From Octopus bimaculoides (taxonomy: Eukaryota): DNA of 63,723 bases. A program made the position numbers and the translations under genes. The stretch spans positions 3,302,735-3,366,457 of the forward strand of contig NC_069002.1 in NCBI RefSeq assembly GCF_001194135.2. Reading direction: 5' to 3'. Positions 61,917 through 63,723 of the stretch are shown piece after piece. Within the stretch, counting starts at the first letter, position 1; each line of letters starts with the position of its first letter. Below the pieces are notes generated by a model that saw only the letters and a list, made by a program, of their open reading frames with translations, searched no databases and had not been told where the DNA came from.

Positions 61917-63140
61917 GTCTATGTTTGTTCATATTGTTTTTGGAATCAATAATGTATTAGGTCATAGTTTTGAAGGTTTGTTGCAGTAAATGTTTATTTT
62001 TAGAATGCATTTTGACATAGGTGTGAGAGGTTGGATTTGGCTGGTTTGATTGTAAAACAGGTTGAATATTTGGGCTGGATGTGGCCCATTTAAATGCAAA
62101 TTGTTTAAATATTTAATCCCAAATTTAATCACAAAGAAAATTTAATCTTTTATTTTCAAAACAGTTTTTTTAAAAAAAAGCATTATGTTTTCACTGTTTT
62201 ATCATTTTTTGATTACATTGTAGTGAAATTAAAATTTTTTTTTTGTCTTTGGTCGTTAAGTATTATTTCCTATTTGCTTTTATCTAGAAATCAAAGGAAA
62301 TCACTACTATTCCTTTTAAGCTTTGCTTTCATGACTGGAACACCAGTGTTTGAAACTGACCTATTTTCCATTACATTTCAAACAGATTCAGTGTTGAGGT
62401 TACTGAATTTCAGAAATATCATTATAGCAAATATTCTGCTCAATACCACAGATTTGCTTGTCAATTGCCTTGACCGTAACCACTCAAGCATGTCCCTGAG
62501 TTGGCATGTCTTGAGAAGGTAACCTTCAGTTTTTTGAAAACCTTCCTCACTCCCACCATGTCTTGGAAAGACATTACAGTCTCTGTAAGGAGTCATAGAT
62601 ATGGCCTTCTCTGCAGCCTAAAAGATAAAAAAAAGGAGAAGTTGAAGAAACAGGGAGAGCAAGGAGTATTTTCATCATGATCTCATTAACCTGTTAACCT
62701 CCACCTGTCTGTGGACTCGTTAATGGAGAAAGAATGCAACTGGATCTCACCTGTTGGACACCTGTAACATCTTTAAATGTCAAGATTGTTTGATGAAACA
62801 CTGTACATAAGTATGTCTATACATATACACATATCTGTGTATACAGATATGTGTATATGTATGTATGCAGATCTCCCGAAAACAAACATGGTATACGTGT
62901 GAATAGATATGTATTCATGTGTGTGTGTGTGTGTGTGTGTGTGCATGCAGATATAGATGTATAGATATATGTGACTTTGTATGTGTGCATTTATATGACT
63001 ATCTTTATGTATGTATCTGTGCATGTATGTTTTTGTCTATGTTTGTGTGTACTTGTGTATCACTGAATAGGTATTTTCTTTTTGTCACTCCCCATGTTTT
63101 TTTTTTTGCTTTCATCTCCCTGTCACTTTCTGTCAGTCTG

Positions 63141-63206
<66 letters not shown>

Positions 63207-63723
63207 GTATTAGTTTACTTTATTCTAGAACTAAACCAACACTCACTTGGCTTAGGAAGGGCATACAACAGGAAGGACATCTAGCTGTAGAAAATCTCCC
63301 TCAACAAACTGTTTGATTCACACACACACACACACACAGTCACACACACTCACTCACACTTATTGTATGCATACACGTGTATGCAAATATTCTTGTCGCA
63401 GCTGCTCACAATGTTAAACGTTGGATTATCAGATGTCTGAGAAAAACTTGGTTGAACATCTGTGGCCTTCTATTGTTATTTTGATATTAATATTCGATTA
63501 GTTCTTCGAGGCATTTAGTACCATTTACTTCTAAAGTCTTCATGATAATCTGGCATTAAAGTAAAGCGGCAACCATTAGCATGCTGTGCAGAATGCTTAG
63601 TGACATTTCGTTCATCTTTGTGTTCTGAGTTTAAATTCCATTGACACTGACCTTGACTTTCATCTTTGCTGAGGTTAATAAAATAAGTACCAGTTCTGTA
63701 CTGAGGTCAATGTAATCGACTCG

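Overview
AT-rich, microsatellite-dense animal genomic DNA with many N-gaps. The repeat families and gene style suggest a draft octopus/coleoid cephalopod assembly (inference). Four spliced protein-coding genes were reconstructed by hand with frame-consistent GT-AG junctions. (1) A divergent T-box transcription factor (+): three T-box exons at 1251-6721, a probable terminal exon at 17382-17953, and a 5' end outside the window. (2) PM20D2 (-): 6 exons, 403 aa. (3) ANAPC1 (+): 1942 aa in only 3 coding exons, the last a single 5432-nt exon. (4) SNAPIN (-): 4 exons, 153 aa. Between the head-to-head PM20D2 and ANAPC1 genes is an elongator tRNA-Met(CAT) gene with a 21-nt intron at the canonical 37/38 position. 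The remainder is RTE LINE 3' ends, tRNA-derived SINEs, Tc1/mariner relics (one DD41D), MITE-like inverted repeats, a SINE-derived 43-bp minisatellite and two Penelope-type hammerhead-like motifs. The best leads are the 3'-biased near-total intron loss in ANAPC1, the intron-containing tRNA-Met and the divergent T-box gene. There is no prokaryotic system or CRISPR array. All family assignments come from motif recognition, not database searches.
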